NCBI RefSeq assembly: GCF_016127575.1
Contig: NZ_CP066019.1
Location: 840,001-872,000, forward strand
Direction of reading: 5' to 3'
DNA from: Cupriavidus necator
Lineage (GTDB): Bacteria; Pseudomonadota; Gammaproteobacteria; Burkholderiales; Burkholderiaceae
DNA: 32,000 bases
Part shown: piece after piece, positions 13,864 to 22,712 of the stretch
How the letters are laid out: each line of letters opens with the position of its first letter
Position numbering within the stretch: position 1 is the stretch's first letter
The notes under the pieces: generated by a model
The model's database searches: none
Told to the model about the DNA's origin: nothing
The model's input: the letters and a program-made list of their open reading frames with translations, nothing else
Translations under genes and position numbers: made by a program

Positions 13864-16569
13864 TCACGGGATCAGGCCGCGCGCGCGCCCCAGAGCCACC
13901 GCTTCCGTACGGCTTTGCGCGCCCAGCTTGGCATGGATGCGGCGCAGGTGCGACTTGACGGTCAGCTCGGACAGGAACAGCTTCTGCGCGATCACCCGAT
14001 TGCGGTAACCCGCGGACAGCATGCGCAGCACTTCCAGTTCGCGCCCGGTCAGCGGGTCGGGCTGGTGCGCCGGTTCCGCCGGCGGTTCTGCGGCCGGCTT
14101 GGTCGAGCCTGCGTCGGTAAGCCGCGCGAGCAGGCTCGCGACAAAGGGCTCGGCCACGCCAAGCGCTGCTGCCTGTGCCAGATGGACACCTGCCCAGGCC
14201 CGCAGCAGCACGGCAACGCGTTCGCCTTCTTCCAGGAAGGAGCGCAGGAAGCCTTCATGGCTGGCCAGGCGCAGGGCTTCGGTCATTTCCTGCAGGGCGG
14301 CATCGCGCTGCTGCATGCCGTCGAGCGCGGTGGCGCGCAGGACGCGCAGCCGGATCAGGCGCCAGTAGCGCTGGCGTGCCAGTGCGGCGTCGATGGCGGC
14401 ATCCAGCGCGGACAGCGCCGGCGCGATATTGCCGCGCGCTATGTCGAGCCGGCAGCGCGCGATGGAAGGCCGGTCGATGTCGTTGGCATGGCCGGTGGCG
14501 TCCAGCGCTTCCCAGCCGCCGTACAGGTCGGCCGCCTGCAACGCCTGCGATGCGGTTTCCAGCTTGCCTTCCAGCGTGGCGACGCGGGCCCGCTCCAGCC
14601 AGGCCGAGCACACGATGCGCGCGGTGCCGGACTGCTGTCCCAGTTGCTCCAGTTCAGCCAGGCGCTGCAGCCACTGGCCGCGGTCGCCGCGCGCCAGCGC
14701 AAGCCGCGCGCTCAGCACGTGACAGGCGATCAGCGAATCGGGCGGGCCGTTGCCCTTGCTGTAGGGCAGCGCATTGGCCAGCAGGCGCCCGGCCTCTTCC
14801 AGCGCATCGTGCTCATACAGCGCCAGTGCCCAGAACACGTCGCTGCCCGGGCTGTCGCCGGACGCGGCGCGCAGGCGCGCCAGCGCGTTGCCCAGGCGCC
14901 CCTGCACCAGGTCGATCACGCCCTCCAGCGTGTCGCTGAGGCTGCGTACCGGCTGGGGCTGCTGCGCGCGCAGCGTCGCCCGCGACAGCACGCTGCGCGC
15001 TTCGTCGTAGCGGTGCGTGCAGATCAGCGCGTAGGCCAGCGAATTGGCCAGGATGCGGTACTGGAAGGGCTCGTCGGGCGCCAGGCGGCGCAGGTGCGCG
15101 CCGGCGGCATCGCGGCAGGCCTCGACCTGGTCGGTCATGGCCAGCAGCACGCAGTGGATGGTCTGTGCTTCCACCCCCAGGCGCGCACGCTGGCTGTCGT
15201 CGCCGGGTTGCTCAAGTTCGGGCTGGAATGACGCCAGTGCGGCCATGGCTTCGGCGTGGCGCCGGTTGAGCAGCAGCACCCACGCGCGCGTCAGCGCCAG
15301 CGCCGGTTGCCGCGCCAGCGTTGCGGGATGGATCTGCTCGAACCAGCGCAACAGCAGGCGCACCCGGCCCGTGCCCAGCAGCGAGTCGGACTGGCTGGCA
15401 ATGGCGCTGAGCGCCTCGTCATGACGGCCCGCCTGCAGCAGGTGGTCCACTGCGGGGATCGGGTAGCCGTGCTCCAGGTACCAGTGCGCGGCGGCCAGGT
15501 GCAGCGGCGCGACCCGATCCGGCGCCTGCACGGCCAGCCGGTGCTGCAGGAAGCTGGCAAAGAGCCGATGGTAGCGGTACCACGTGCGTTCGGCATCGAG
15601 CGGGAACAGCAGCAGGTTGGCGCGTTCGAGGTGATCCAGCATCGCGCGCGCGTCGGCGCGGCCGGTGAGGGCGTCGCATAGCGGCGCGCTCAGCTGCCCC
15701 AGCACGCTGGTTTCCAGCAGGAAGGCGCGGCACGCGTCGGACTGCCGCGCCAGGATGTCCTCGGCGAGGAATTCGCCCAGCTCCAGGTGAGTGCCGGAAA
15801 ACACCGCGACGAAGGCGGCGTGGTCGCTGCACTGCTGCAGCGACAGCGCGGCCAGGTATATCGCGGTGGCCCAGCCTTCGGTGCGGCGATGCAGCGTGGC
15901 GATGTCGCTGTCGCGCAGCGGCAGGCCGCAGCGGCTGCGCAGCAGCTGCGCGGCCTCGTCGACGGAAAAATGCAGGGCGGCGGGCGGGATCTCCAGCAAC
16001 TGCCCGCGCGCGCGCAGCCGGCCCAGGCCGATTTCCGGCGCGGTGCGCGAGCCGATCACCAGTATGCCGCAGGGCGGCATCGCCTCGATCAGCTGCTGCA
16101 CCAGGTCCAGCGCCGGCAGGCTCTGCAAGGTCTCGAAATCATCCAGCATGATCGCGAACGGCTGCGCCGTGGCGCCCACCAGCCCCAGGATGCGCTGCGC
16201 CAGGCGCGGTCCGCTGGCCGGCTCCGGCGCTGCCGCGCCGCGCCGCTTGCCGCCGCGCAGCGCGTCCAGGCCGGCGTCCAGGTGGACCAGCAGCCGTTGC
16301 AGGTCATTGTCGCCCGCATCCAGGCGCAGCCACACCGTGGCTTGCTGCTGCGCTGCGCAATGCTCCGCGTATTGCTGCATCAGCGTGGTCTTGCCAAAGC
16401 CGGCCGCGGCCCGCACCAGGATCACGCGCGCAGCGCGGTCCTGCGCCATGCGCGCGACCAGGTGCGGCCGGCCGATCGTGGCGGGGTGCGCCACGGGGGG
16501 CGCGAGCTTGGAGGCGAGCACCGTCGGCAGCGGGCCGCCGCTCACGGCGTGGTTGGCAAAGGGATGCAA
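13864..16569 (-). CDS. Large ATP-binding LuxR-family regulator (LAL/MalT-like)
   Basis: 901 aa with Walker A AAAGFGKTT, a long helical/TPR-like middle and a C-terminal LuxR HTH (LTGRELEVLRMLSAGYRNRVIAQKLFLSELTVKSHLRRIHAKLG). AGGAGA sits 5 nt before the ATG. Confidence 0.85.
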   Translation of the reverse strand: MHPFANHAVSGGPLPTVLASKLAPPVAHPATIGRPHLVARMAQDRAARVILVRAAAGFGKTTLMQQYAEHCAAQQQATVWLRLDAGDNDLQRLLVHLDAGLDALRGGKRRGAAAPEPASGPRLAQRILGLVGATAQPFAIMLDDFETLQSLPALDLVQQLIEAMPPCGILVIGSRTAPEIGLGRLRARGQLLEIPPAALHFSVDEAAQLLRSRCGLPLRDSDIATLHRRTEGWATAIYLAALSLQQCSDHAAFVAVFSGTHLELGEFLAEDILARQSDACRAFLLETSVLGQLSAPLCDALTGRADARAMLDHLERANLLLFPLDAERTWYRYHRLFASFLQHRLAVQAPDRVAPLHLAAAHWYLEHGYPIPAVDHLLQAGRHDEALSAIASQSDSLLGTGRVRLLLRWFEQIHPATLARQPALALTRAWVLLLNRRHAEAMAALASFQPELEQPGDDSQRARLGVEAQTIHCVLLAMTDQVEACRDAAGAHLRRLAPDEPFQYRILANSLAYALICTHRYDEARSVLSRATLRAQQPQPVRSLSDTLEGVIDLVQGRLGNALARLRAASGDSPGSDVFWALALYEHDALEEAGRLLANALPYSKGNGPPDSLIACHVLSARLALARGDRGQWLQRLAELEQLGQQSGTARIVCSAWLERARVATLEGKLETASQALQAADLYGGWEALDATGHANDIDRPSIARCRLDIARGNIAPALSALDAAIDAALARQRYWRLIRLRVLRATALDGMQQRDAALQEMTEALRLASHEGFLRSFLEEGERVAVLLRAWAGVHLAQAAALGVAEPFVASLLARLTDAGSTKPAAEPPAEPAHQPDPLTGRELEVLRMLSAGYRNRVIAQKLFLSELTVKSHLRRIHAKLGAQSRTEAVALGRARGLIP

Positions 16570-16901
16570 TGCACTCTCCTGGGGGCGATGCCCGTCACCG
16601 CCACCCTGGCCCGTCTGTGGCAGACAAGATCATAAGTGCTGTATCGGGAATATTTTGGCGGGAGGGCATCAGGTCCGGGCGATTGTTCCACGGCCCTGAG
16701 GGTTGCGTCCTAGTTCGTTTGGACGATTCTGCCGGCTTGCCGAATTTCCTCCCTTCGATGGACGACAGCGGTGCCCGAGCCTCCTACATTGACCCGCACG
16801 CGCTCCCGGCAGCGGCCCGCAGAGGCTGGCCGGGTATGACACGGCAGGATGCCGGCACGGCACGAGGCCGGCTGCCGGAGACGAGACACAGGAGACAAGG
16901 T

Positions 16902-17906
16902 ATGCAGCAAGGCAGGCGCAGGGTTCTGCAGCAAATGGGTCTGGGCGTCGCGGGTGCGGCGCTGGCAGGGGTTGGGCTGGGTGCGCGCGCGCAGGGTGGT
17001 GCGGGGGTGGATTTCCCGGCACGCACGGTGCGCATCGTGATGCCATACGCCGCGGGCGGGACCGGCGACGTGGTCGCGCGCATGGTCGCGGACGGCCTGG
17101 CCAAGGCATGGGGCAAGGCCGTGGTGGTGGACAACCGGCCGGGTGCCGGCGGCATGATCGGCGCGGACATGGTGGCCAAGGCAGAGCCGGACGGCTATAC
17201 GCTGTTGTTCGCGCTGACCGGCCTGGTCCAGGCGCCGCTGCTGTACAGCAAGGCAAACTACAACGCAGTGCGTGACTTCGCGCCGATCTCTGAGCTGGCG
17301 ACCTCCAACCTGGCGCTGGTGGTGCAGCCCGACGTGCCGGCGGCCAACGTGAAGCAACTGATCGACTACATCCGCAAGCTGGGCAAGCCGCTGCCGTATG
17401 GCAGCTACGGGCTGGGTTCCAGCGGGCATCTGCAGATGGAGGTCTTCGGCCGCAACGCCAGGGTTGAACTGACCCACGTGCCCTACAAGGGCGAGGGCCC
17501 GCTGGTCAACGACCTGCTTGGCGGACAACTGCCCGCCGGCGTCGTGGCCGCGGTCACCGCGCGCACGCATGCGCGCGCCGGCAAGCTCAAGGTGGTCGCC
17601 GTGGCCGGGCAGTCGCGCTCGCCGCTGCTGCCGGAGGTGCCGACCTTCCAGGAGGCGGGCGTGCCCGGGCTGGAGCGCCAGGGCTGGCTGGGCCTGTTCG
17701 CGCCGGCGGCGACGCCGCGCGCCGTGGTCGACAAGGTGTCTGCCGACGTCAACCGCGTGCTGGCCAACCCCGAGCTGCACACACGGCTGGTCGATCTCGG
17801 CATCATCGTCAAGGGAAGCTCGCCCGCGGCCTTTGCCGATGTCGTGAAGGTGGAGCAGACCTACTGGGCTGAAGCGATCCGGGCGTCCAATATCCGCCTG
17901 GACTGA
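16902..17906 (+). CDS. Bug-family (TctC-like) tripartite tricarboxylate transporter substrate-binding protein
   Basis: The start was trimmed to MQQGRRRVLQQ (twin-arginine-like leader) with AGGAGA upstream, giving 334 aa. Typical Bug motifs are present: RIVMPYAAGGTGD, VVDNRPGAGG and VPYKG. Confidence 0.85.
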   Translation: MQQGRRRVLQQMGLGVAGAALAGVGLGARAQGGAGVDFPARTVRIVMPYAAGGTGDVVARMVADGLAKAWGKAVVVDNRPGAGGMIGADMVAKAEPDGYTLLFALTGLVQAPLLYSKANYNAVRDFAPISELATSNLALVVQPDVPAANVKQLIDYIRKLGKPLPYGSYGLGSSGHLQMEVFGRNARVELTHVPYKGEGPLVNDLLGGQLPAGVVAAVTARTHARAGKLKVVAVAGQSRSPLLPEVPTFQEAGVPGLERQGWLGLFAPAATPRAVVDKVSADVNRVLANPELHTRLVDLGIIVKGSSPAAFADVVKVEQTYWAEAIRASNIRLD

Positions 17907-17928
17907 TGCGGCCCCGGCAGGGCATGGC

Positions 17929-17965
17929 GGCAGGCAGGGCCGGCTGGTGCGGGCGCCTGCCTGCC
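17929..17965. terminator. Hairpin between convergent genes (GGCAGGCAGG-17 nt-CCTGCCTGCC)
   Basis: Perfect 10-bp stem between the Bug stop (17906) and the stop of the small minus-strand gene (17972). No clear U-tract on either strand. Confidence 0.4.
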
Positions 17966-17971
17966 GCGCGT

Positions 17972-18319
17972 TTACTGGTAGGTCACTACCACCACGTACG
18001 CGTCCGGCGTGCCGCGTTGCCCGGCACGGGCGGGCTCGACGTCCAGCCTTGCCACGCCGATGCGGGCTTGCCCGGTCATCCGGGCAGGCGACAACGGCAA
18101 CGGCGCCGAGACGATCTGCCCCGACGGCTGCTGGCAGCTCGCCTGCAACTGTCCGGCGGACGGACGGAAGCCGCAGGACGGGTACGAGATTCCCCCAAGG
18201 AACGTAATGGTGCCGGTATGCGCGGCAGCGGTGCCGATACCCGCGGCTGCCAGAACGCCCACTGCGACCAGCCGGCCGGCAACGCCGGCGGCCTTCCTGC
18301 TGAGTTCGACCGTTTTCAT
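17972..18319 (-). CDS. Small secreted protein with type-1-pilin-like N- and C-terminal motifs (hypothetical)
   Basis: 115 aa with a signal peptide ending AAA|HTG. The mature N-terminus is GTITFLGGISYPSC and the C-terminus is YVVVVTYQ. Third codon positions are mostly G/C, and GAGAGAGGGG precedes the ATG. Confidence 0.55.
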   Translation of the reverse strand: MKTVELSRKAAGVAGRLVAVGVLAAAGIGTAAAHTGTITFLGGISYPSCGFRPSAGQLQASCQQPSGQIVSAPLPLSPARMTGQARIGVARLDVEPARAGQRGTPDAYVVVVTYQ

Positions 18320-18387
18320 GACTACCCCTCTCTCTTATTGTCAGCGTGGCGCCGAGACAGGGCGCCTCTGAGAACCGGCACAGTGCA

Positions 18388-18411
18388 GGCCCACGGATCC
18401 GCGCGTGGGCC
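18388..18411 (-). terminator. Hairpin GGCCCACG-8 nt-CGTGGGCC downstream of serA
   Basis: 8-bp perfect stem about 85 nt after the serA stop. No U-tract. It could alternatively lie in the leader of the small secreted-protein gene. Confidence 0.3.
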
Positions 18412-18494
18412 ATATTCATCATAGCGACGGTTTCAGAACATTCTTAAGAGTTATGACACTTCTGTGACAATTGAGCCTGGGGACGGCCGCTGCC

Positions 18495-19712
18495 CTATCG
18501 CAGGATCAGCCGCGAGCGGGCAAAGCCTGCATGGGTGCGCAGCGCCTGCATCAGCTGGTCTGACGGCACGCGGTCGAGGTCGGTGACCACATAGCCGGTG
18601 TGGCCGCGCGTCTGCAGGTGCTGGCCGGTGATATTCACGCCTTCCTGCGCCAGCAGCGTGTTCAGTGCCGCCAGGGCGCCCGGCGCGTTGCCGTGCACAT
18701 TGAGCAGCCGCGCCGGCGCGTGCAGCGGGCCGGGATCGACCTCGGGGAAGTTGACGGCGCCGATGGTGCCGCCGGTGGCCAGGAAGTGCGCCAGCTTGGC
18801 CGCCACTTCGGTGCCGATATTCTCCTGCGCCTCTTCGGTGCTGCCGCCCACGTGCGGGGTCAGCAGTACGTTGGGCATGTTCTGCAGTTCGCTGACGAAA
18901 GGATCGTTGTTGGTCTTCGGCTCCTCCGGGAACACGTCGATGGCGGCGCCGCCCAGGCGCTTCTCGCGCAGCGCCGCGGCCAGCGCGGCGATGTCCACCA
19001 CGCTGCCGCGCGAGGCATTGATCAGGATCGCGCCCGGCTTGCAGGCGGCCAGGATGCGCGCATCGATCATATTGCGCGTGCGCGGCGTGGCTGGCACATG
19101 CAGGGTCACCACTTCGGCCTGCGACACCGCCTCTTCCAGCGATCCCGCGGCGCGCGCGGAACCGTGCGAGAGCCGCGCCAGCACGTCGTAGTAGACCACG
19201 CGCATGCCCATCGATTCGGCCAGCACGCCCACCTGCGAGCCGATATTGCCGTAGCCGACGATGGCGATGGTCTTGCCGCGCGCCTCGAACGCGCCGGCGG
19301 CGCCCTTGGCCCACTTGCCGGCGTGTGCCAGGGTGTTCTTCTCCGGAATCCGGCGCAGCAGCATCACCGCTTCCGACACCACCAGCTCGGCCACCGAGCG
19401 GGTGTTGGAGAAGGGCGCGTTGAACACCGGGATCCCGGCCGTGGTGGCGGCTTCCAGGTCCACCTGCGAGGTGCCGATGCAGAAGCAGCCAATCGAGAGC
19501 AGCTCGGGCGCGCTGCGGATGTCGTCGGCGCGCAGGTGGGTGGCAGAGCGGATGCCGACCACGTCGTGGCTGGCCAGCACCTGGCGCAGTTCGGCACCGG
19601 CCAGGGCGCCGGTGCGGCGCTCGACCTGCAGGCCGGCTTCAGCCAGCCGGGCATTGGCGCTCTGGTGGATGTTCTCGAGCAGGATCGCAGTGGTCACGTT
19701 TGTTTTCCGCAT
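18495..19712 (-). CDS. serA: D-3-phosphoglycerate dehydrogenase with C-terminal ACT domain
   Basis: The start was trimmed to MRKTNVTTAILLENIHQ. Near-collinear resemblance to E. coli SerA as I recall it: GCFCIGTSQVDL, FNAPFSNTRSVAELV, INASRGSVVD and LTPHVGGSTEEAQENIG. No obvious SD. Confidence 0.9.
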   Translation of the reverse strand: MRKTNVTTAILLENIHQSANARLAEAGLQVERRTGALAGAELRQVLASHDVVGIRSATHLRADDIRSAPELLSIGCFCIGTSQVDLEAATTAGIPVFNAPFSNTRSVAELVVSEAVMLLRRIPEKNTLAHAGKWAKGAAGAFEARGKTIAIVGYGNIGSQVGVLAESMGMRVVYYDVLARLSHGSARAAGSLEEAVSQAEVVTLHVPATPRTRNMIDARILAACKPGAILINASRGSVVDIAALAAALREKRLGGAAIDVFPEEPKTNNDPFVSELQNMPNVLLTPHVGGSTEEAQENIGTEVAAKLAHFLATGGTIGAVNFPEVDPGPLHAPARLLNVHGNAPGALAALNTLLAQEGVNITGQHLQTRGHTGYVVTDLDRVPSDQLMQALRTHAGFARSRLILR

Positions 19713-19822
19713 GGAGGGTTGGCGGCGCTTGCCGCATCGCCACCATTCTGCGCGCAAAAAAGCCCGTGGACCGGGGAGTCCCTGCTGCCGGCAATGGCAC
19801 CGGCTGCCTCGCTGGCGTCGCT

Positions 19823-20356
19823 TCAGCGCGAGTGGCGCGCGTCGCCGCCGAGCGGGTCGACGATGATCATGGTCTGGCGCAGCACGCCGGCATCATCGAA
19901 GTAGCAGCTGAAATGCGCGGTCTGCAAGCCATCCTTGTACATGCGCCAGGACCAGGCTTCACGCTTCATCAGGGGGTAGTACTGGATGGGCTCGCGCGGC
20001 AGGCCAAAGTGCTCCTGCACGTCCTTCTTGGTCCAGGTCCCGACCTGGGCGCGGTAGATCTCCGTCTCGGTCAGCATCTGGCGATAGTTGGTGAGCTTGC
20101 CGCCGGCGTCGAAATCGGCGGCATAGACCTGATGGCCAAGGGGCTGGCGCGACCAGATCCAGCGGCTGGTGCCGTCGGCGAGGCGGTAGGTCTCGGTGGG
20201 GGATCCGAATGTACTGCGTACGGCACTTTCTGGGCTGCCGATCATTTGCTTGCCGGTCTGTTCCGGCTGCAAGGTCGCACAGGCTCCGAGCGAGCCGAGC
20301 ACGACAGCGGCGACGCACAGTTCGCCGATACACCGGGATGGCGTGCGTGATTGCAT
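19823..20356 (-). CDS. Lipoprotein with BamE/SmpA-OmlA-like domain
   Basis: The start was trimmed to MQSRTPSRC, preceded by AGGAGA. Lipobox is LGAC. The motif VGTWTKKDVQEHFGLP resembles the BamE-domain signature. Confidence 0.65.
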   Translation of the reverse strand: MQSRTPSRCIGELCVAAVVLGSLGACATLQPEQTGKQMIGSPESAVRSTFGSPTETYRLADGTSRWIWSRQPLGHQVYAADFDAGGKLTNYRQMLTETEIYRAQVGTWTKKDVQEHFGLPREPIQYYPLMKREAWSWRMYKDGLQTAHFSCYFDDAGVLRQTMIIVDPLGGDARHSR

Positions 20357-20481
20357 GGCGCTCTCCTGCGGACGAGATGCCCGCATCCGGCCATTCTCCG
20401 TCCGCCAGGCCGGCCCGTGCAACACCGGCTGGTGCCGGGGGCAGGCGGGGCCGGCCGGTCAGTGCGGCGCCGGGCGCTGGC

Positions 20482-20676
20482 TCAGCAGCGGCCTTTCTTG
20501 GCTTGTCCCGGCGGGCAGAAGGACTCGTTGCCGTACGGGTCGACGCGGCAGTTGCCCTTCTTTGCCTGCCCCGGCGGGCAGCCCTGGGGGCCGCTGCCGT
20601 AGGTGTCATAAGGGGCTACCACGCAGCCACCCAGCAGTGCGCTGCAGGCGACCAGAAGGGCCAGAGCGGATTTCAT
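20482..20676 (-). CDS. Small Cys-rich lipoprotein with two CPPGQAKKGxC repeats
   Basis: 64 aa with AAGGAGA 6 nt before the ATG and lipobox LGGC. The tandem units are PYDTYGSGPQGCPPGQAKKGNC and PYGNESFCPPGQAKKGRC. Third codon positions are mostly G/C. Confidence 0.7.
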   Translation of the reverse strand: MKSALALLVACSALLGGCVVAPYDTYGSGPQGCPPGQAKKGNCRVDPYGNESFCPPGQAKKGRC

Positions 20677-20785
20677 CGCATTCTCCTTGTTGTGGGGGAT
20701 TCCGTTTGCGACAGGAGAATAGATGGTGGCAGCGCCTTTGTCTGTAAGGAATAGTGAAAACGAGTCCGCTCAGGGTGAATGCCGG

Positions 20786-21454
20786 CTACTTGCCCGCGCC
20801 GCCGGCGGGGCGCTTCCCGGCTGGCCGGGGCCGGCGCACCGCACGGATTTTGCCGCTGTTGCCGCCGCCGCAGAAGAACTGGTCGCCGCCATCGGACTCC
20901 AGCCCCGACACGCTCGCGCCGGCCGGCATGGTGACCGATTCCAGCACCGCGCCCGATTGCGGGTCGATGTGCCGCAGCTCGCTCTGGTCACCTTCCCAGG
21001 TGCCGTGCCAGAGCTCGGCATCGACCCAGGTGACGCCGGTGACAAAGCGGTCGGACGTGATGGTGCGCAGGATCGCCCCCGTCTGTGGATCGACCTGGCG
21101 GATCTTCCGCTCCCGGTACTGGCCCACCCACAACGTGCCTTCGGCCCAGGCAAGCCCCGAGTCGCCGCCGCCGCCCGGCGCGGGGATCGTGGCCAGCACG
21201 CGGCCGCTTTGCGGATCGATCTTCTGGATCCGGTCCTCGGCAATCTGGTACAGGTGCTGGCCGTCGAAAGCAGTACCGGCATGGGCGGCGACATCGAGCG
21301 AGCGCAGCGTCCTGCCGGTGACCGGATCCAGGGCATTGAGCTTGTCTCCGCTGGCAAACCAGACCCGCTGGCCGTCATAGCTGACACCGTGGACGTTCTC
21401 GACGCCGGGGAAGGGACCATACTCGCGAAGCACTTCGGCTTGTGATCGTTTCAT
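20786..21454 (-). CDS. Beta-propeller repeat protein, glutamine cyclotransferase-like fold (hypothetical)
   Basis: 222 aa with a four-fold repeated motif: LDPVTGRTL, IDPQSGRVL, VDPQTGAIL and IDPQSGAVL. It has no signal peptide and a basic disordered tail. AAGGA precedes the ATG, and the gene starts 34 nt after the upstream regulator gene. Confidence 0.65.
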   Translation of the reverse strand: MKRSQAEVLREYGPFPGVENVHGVSYDGQRVWFASGDKLNALDPVTGRTLRSLDVAAHAGTAFDGQHLYQIAEDRIQKIDPQSGRVLATIPAPGGGGDSGLAWAEGTLWVGQYRERKIRQVDPQTGAILRTITSDRFVTGVTWVDAELWHGTWEGDQSELRHIDPQSGAVLESVTMPAGASVSGLESDGGDQFFCGGGNSGKIRAVRRPRPAGKRPAGGAGK

Positions 21455-21488
21455 GCTGTCATCCTTTTGGTTTGGGGATGGCTACATG

Positions 21489-22709
21489 CTAGTCAACCGG
21501 CAGCGGCGAGGGGAGTAACAAGGTCGTCGTGAATCCCGGCACCGGCGGCGTCATCCAGCGGCGCGCACGCCCGTGGCCAAGGGACTGGATCTTGCCGGCT
21601 GCCGCCAGCGTTTCCAGTGCCCGCTGCACCGAGCGCTGGCTGGCACCCAGCGCCAGCGCGAGAGCGGAGCTGGACCATGACTCGCCATCGGCCAGCAAGG
21701 CGAGCACTGCCGCGTGCTTCTCTTCCACCGGCCGCGCCAGCACCACCACCTCGCGCGCGTGGTGCGGCACCAGCGCGAAGCCGCGCCCGCTTGCCGTGAC
21801 GCCGGCAAATGCGCCAAGCACCGCGCGCAGCCGCCCGATCTCGACACGCAGCCGCGCGCGGTGCGATGCATCGGCGTGCCTGGTGCGGAAGGCGTGCGCG
21901 ATCAGCGTGTCCCGGGGCACGTCGGCGGGCCAGGCCTCGGCCAGCGCGCGCGCCAGCGTGAACAACACCGGCCGCCTGGCGAGCGGGACCGTGGTGCCAG
22001 CGCAGCGCACGGCATAGCGGCACGCGTCCACGACCAGCGCTTTCGATGCCAGCAGCGCTTCGACTTCCTCAAGCAGCAGCGGCCGTTCCTCGCCGCGCGC
22101 GATGCGGCGTGCCGCGGGGCTGTGCAGCGCCTGGGCCGCGCTTTCGACCTCGGCGCGCAAGGATGGAATGCCGGCGCGCTGCGCCGCGTGCGCGGCCTGT
22201 GCCAGCGCGGTGCGCGCCGGCCGGGTCTGCACGCGCCGCATCGCGATGCCCGCCACGATCAGGGCATGGGTTGTGCGCAATGCGGGCGGGAAGGGAGTGG
22301 GGTCAAGCCCGGCAAGCGCCTGCTCGGCGTCGTCGATGCGGCCGATCAGCAGCAGCCGCCGGATCGCGAGATACCGCGCATGGGCGGCGTTGACCCAGTC
22401 GCCGTGCGCTTCAAGGGTGGCGCGCGCACGGTCCAGCGTCTTTGCCGGCCAGCCCAGGTCGCGCGAGGCAAAGGCGATTTCCGTTTCGGCCACCAAGCAC
22501 CTGGCGCGCGCTACGGCTTCGCGCGGACCGAAGGCGCGCGCCGCGCTGCGCAACAGTGCCCGGGCGCGGATAAAGTCGCCCAGTTGCGCCATGGCGATGC
22601 CGCGCAACGCCAGCGCCGGCGGATCGTCGCGCAGGGCAACCCGGTTCAGCGCGCCAAGCGGATCACCCGCGGCAAGCGCGAGCGCCGCGGCGGCAATGCG
22701 TGAGTCCAT
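21489..22709 (-). CDS. Putative transcriptional regulator: helical/TPR-like N-terminus, OmpR/BTAD-like winged helix, C-terminal wHTH
   Basis: 406 aa. The central segment LARRPVLFTLARALAEAWPADVPRDTLIAHAF...RLRVEIGRLR looks like a trans_reg_C-type domain. The C-terminal SSSALALALGASQRSVQRALETLAAAGKI is a DeoR/MarR-like HTH. Confidence 0.6.
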   Translation of the reverse strand: MDSRIAAAALALAAGDPLGALNRVALRDDPPALALRGIAMAQLGDFIRARALLRSAARAFGPREAVARARCLVAETEIAFASRDLGWPAKTLDRARATLEAHGDWVNAAHARYLAIRRLLLIGRIDDAEQALAGLDPTPFPPALRTTHALIVAGIAMRRVQTRPARTALAQAAHAAQRAGIPSLRAEVESAAQALHSPAARRIARGEERPLLLEEVEALLASKALVVDACRYAVRCAGTTVPLARRPVLFTLARALAEAWPADVPRDTLIAHAFRTRHADASHRARLRVEIGRLRAVLGAFAGVTASGRGFALVPHHAREVVVLARPVEEKHAAVLALLADGESWSSSALALALGASQRSVQRALETLAAAGKIQSLGHGRARRWMTPPVPGFTTTLLLPSPLPVD

Positions 22710-22712
22710 CCG

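Noticed and set aside
16657-16753. GGCGGGAGGG and an inverted CCTCCC in the LAL/Bug spacer, as possible MalT-box-like sites
   Set aside because: There are only two short purine-rich hexamers about 90 bp apart. That is indistinguishable from chance or SD-like sequence in this GC-rich spacer.
16710-18422. 570-aa minus-strand ORF covering the Bug gene and the small secreted-protein gene
   Set aside because: It is antisense to the Bug gene and out of frame with the 17972-18319 ORF, which has a proper signal peptide, an SD and G/C-rich third codon positions. Its composition is typical of a shadow ORF.
19756-19776. A6 run (T6 on the minus strand) next to a CCCG/CGGG stem between the BamE-like lipoprotein gene and serA
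   Set aside because: The stem is only 4 bp, which is too weak to call a terminator with any confidence.
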